This document shows, piece after piece, positions 62,661 through 64,000 of a stretch of DNA of 64,000 nt. Origin of the DNA: an uncultured cyanobacterium (lineage in GTDB: Bacteria > Cyanobacteriota > Cyanobacteriia > Cyanobacteriales > Nostocaceae). The notes below the pieces were generated by a model. That model was not told the DNA's origin and did no database searches. It worked only from the letters and a program-made list of their open reading frames with translations. Every line of letters starts with the position of its first letter. The stretch's first letter is position 1. The DNA is taken from assembly GCA_963740315.1 (NCBI GenBank), contig CAVUDP010000001.1, positions 1,056,001 through 1,120,000 on the forward strand. The letters are read 5' to 3'. The position numbers and the translations under genes are program-made.

Positions 62661-62862
62661 GAATATTTTTTGCTTTACACCTACTAAAACTAAAGATAAT
62701 TTTTCGCTGTACTTTGTGCCGCGTTCCGTTTATGTTGAGAAGATTTAATATTACGGGAAACCTAACCCCCTACCTTCCTCCCCTAAGAGGGAATGGCGAA
62801 AGTTAAGCCTCTCTCCGCATCCGGAAAGAGGTTTTGGGTATTAAGTAATTTTCATCAATTCT

Positions 62863-64000
62863 CTAAACAACTAAAGATTCATTCATCTCAACTTGCTGAG
62901 ACTTTTCTTTGAGATTCGCTGCCCGATAATCTGCTATTTGTCCCTCAATTTCATTCTGAACAACTTGACGGTAATCAATATGATGCTCTAAAAGAGCGCA
63001 CATGGTTATGTAAGAAATTAATACTCTAGAATTATGCTTGAGTATTCCGAAAAGTTGATTCCAGAATTGAAAGCGTGTATTGCGTTTAATACCTTGCCGC
63101 CAAACAATAATTAATAGTGCCTTTAATTCTATTAATTCCGGCATTTTAAACTTTTTCTTGTAAGGGCGAGGCTGCATCTCCAGGTAATGGCGATAAACCC
63201 GTCCCAGGTATTTCTTTGGTTCGTATAGTTCCCAGAAACACTTAACATATTCTGAGGCTAATTCTTCTATGGGACGAGTTGGGACAAAGTTAGTTAAGGA
63301 GGTTGTTTGATTGCCCGTGTTGCCTTTTTGGTCAATCTCCAACAAACGTTGTTCTTTTTCCAATCGATGCCATAATGCTGTATTTGGTAAAGCCTGTAGT
63401 AAACCAAACATTGCATTAGGAATTGCAGTCTTCTCCACAAAATCAATAATGCGATCGCCAGCACCTGCTTTTTCTCCGTCGAAACCGAGAATAAAACCAG
63501 CCATGACTCGCAACCCTTTACGATTAATTGTTTGGACGGCTTCTACTAATGAATCGCGGGTGTTTTGATGCTTTTTGGTTAATGACAAACTATCCGTATC
63601 CGGTGTCTCGATTCCCAAAAATACCGAGCTAAAGTTAGCAGCAATCATCAAATCGAGCAGTTCCTCGTCTTGTGCTAAATCTACTGAAGCTTCTGTTTGT
63701 AAGCTGAATGGATAACCGCGCTCTACCATCCAAGGAATGAGTTCTTTGAGTAGGAGCTTGACATTACGTTTATTACCGATGAAGTTATCATCTACCATAA
63801 ACACCGAATTCCGCCAGCCTAAATCGTACAGTGTTTGTAATTCACCAAGCAGTTGGGCACTCGTCTTTGTACGCGGTTTACGTCCGTAAAGTACGATAAT
63901 GTCGCAAAATTCGCACTGATAAGGACAACCACGGGAAAACTGCACCGACATATCGCTGTAAGCGCCTAATTCCAATAAATCGTATCTTGCTATCGGCGTA
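62863..64000 (-). CDS. B12-binding radical SAM protein with DUF4070 (HpnP-like family), 5' end outside window
   Basis: QFSRGCPYQCEFCDI, FMVDDNFIGN, TEAS..LA.D, VFLGIETP, GFI.GFD; frame open to the window edge, so the B12 domain itself is not visible. Confidence 0.85.
   Translation of the reverse strand, partial: TPIARYDLLELGAYSDMSVQFSRGCPYQCEFCDIIVLYGRKPRTKTSAQLLGELQTLYDLGWRNSVFMVDDNFIGNKRNVKLLLKELIPWMVERGYPFSLQTEASVDLAQDEELLDLMIAANFSSVFLGIETPDTDSLSLTKKHQNTRDSLVEAVQTINRKGLRVMAGFILGFDGEKAGAGDRIIDFVEKTAIPNAMFGLLQALPNTALWHRLEKEQRLLEIDQKGNTGNQTTSLTNFVPTRPIEELASEYVKCFWELYEPKKYLGRVYRHYLEMQPRPYKKKFKMPELIELKALLIIVWRQGIKRNTRFQFWNQLFGILKHNSRVLISYITMCALLEHHIDYRQVVQNEIEGQIADYRAANLKEKSQQVEMNESLVV

Noticed and set aside
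62863..64000. Naming the radical SAM gene hpnP
   Set aside because: The family has non-HpnP members, the N-terminus is outside the window and no hopanoid genes are visible; needs phylogeny

Overview
64 kb of AT-rich chromosomal DNA from a cyanobacterium. Dense HIP1 octamers (GCGATCGC), psbU and btpA support the phylum. Heptameric tandem repeats and gene content suggest a filamentous Nostocales/Rivulariaceae-like organism (inference). The backbone is housekeeping: dnaK, dusB, two tandem uppP, psbU, nadB, VKOR-thioredoxin, btpA, rimO plus a CrhR-like DEAD-box helicase. Accessory or unexplained material: (1) a probable lipid/aminolipid biosynthetic cluster at the right end (ABC exporter, GH3 acyl-adenylate enzyme, AspH/LpxO-type hydroxylase, MFS, CFA-type methyltransferase, desaturase, B12 radical SAM) that runs off the window; (2) a small secreted peptide ending YGSGTR downstream of a CHASE2-PAS-GGDEF sensor; (3) a doubly broken Rpn/DUF2887 nuclease gene that keeps its internal small-protein start and has a stand-alone copy of that small ORF; (4) tandem Crp/Fnr paralogues, each followed by the same 14-bp imperfect palindrome; (5) a structured ~180-nt candidate RNA upstream of rimO-crhR; (6) several GTAG-type REP/REPIN families, MITEs and REP-associated tandem arrays. 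No rRNA, tRNA, intact transposase, cas gene or CRISPR array was seen. All calls are by eye from motifs; no database searches were run.
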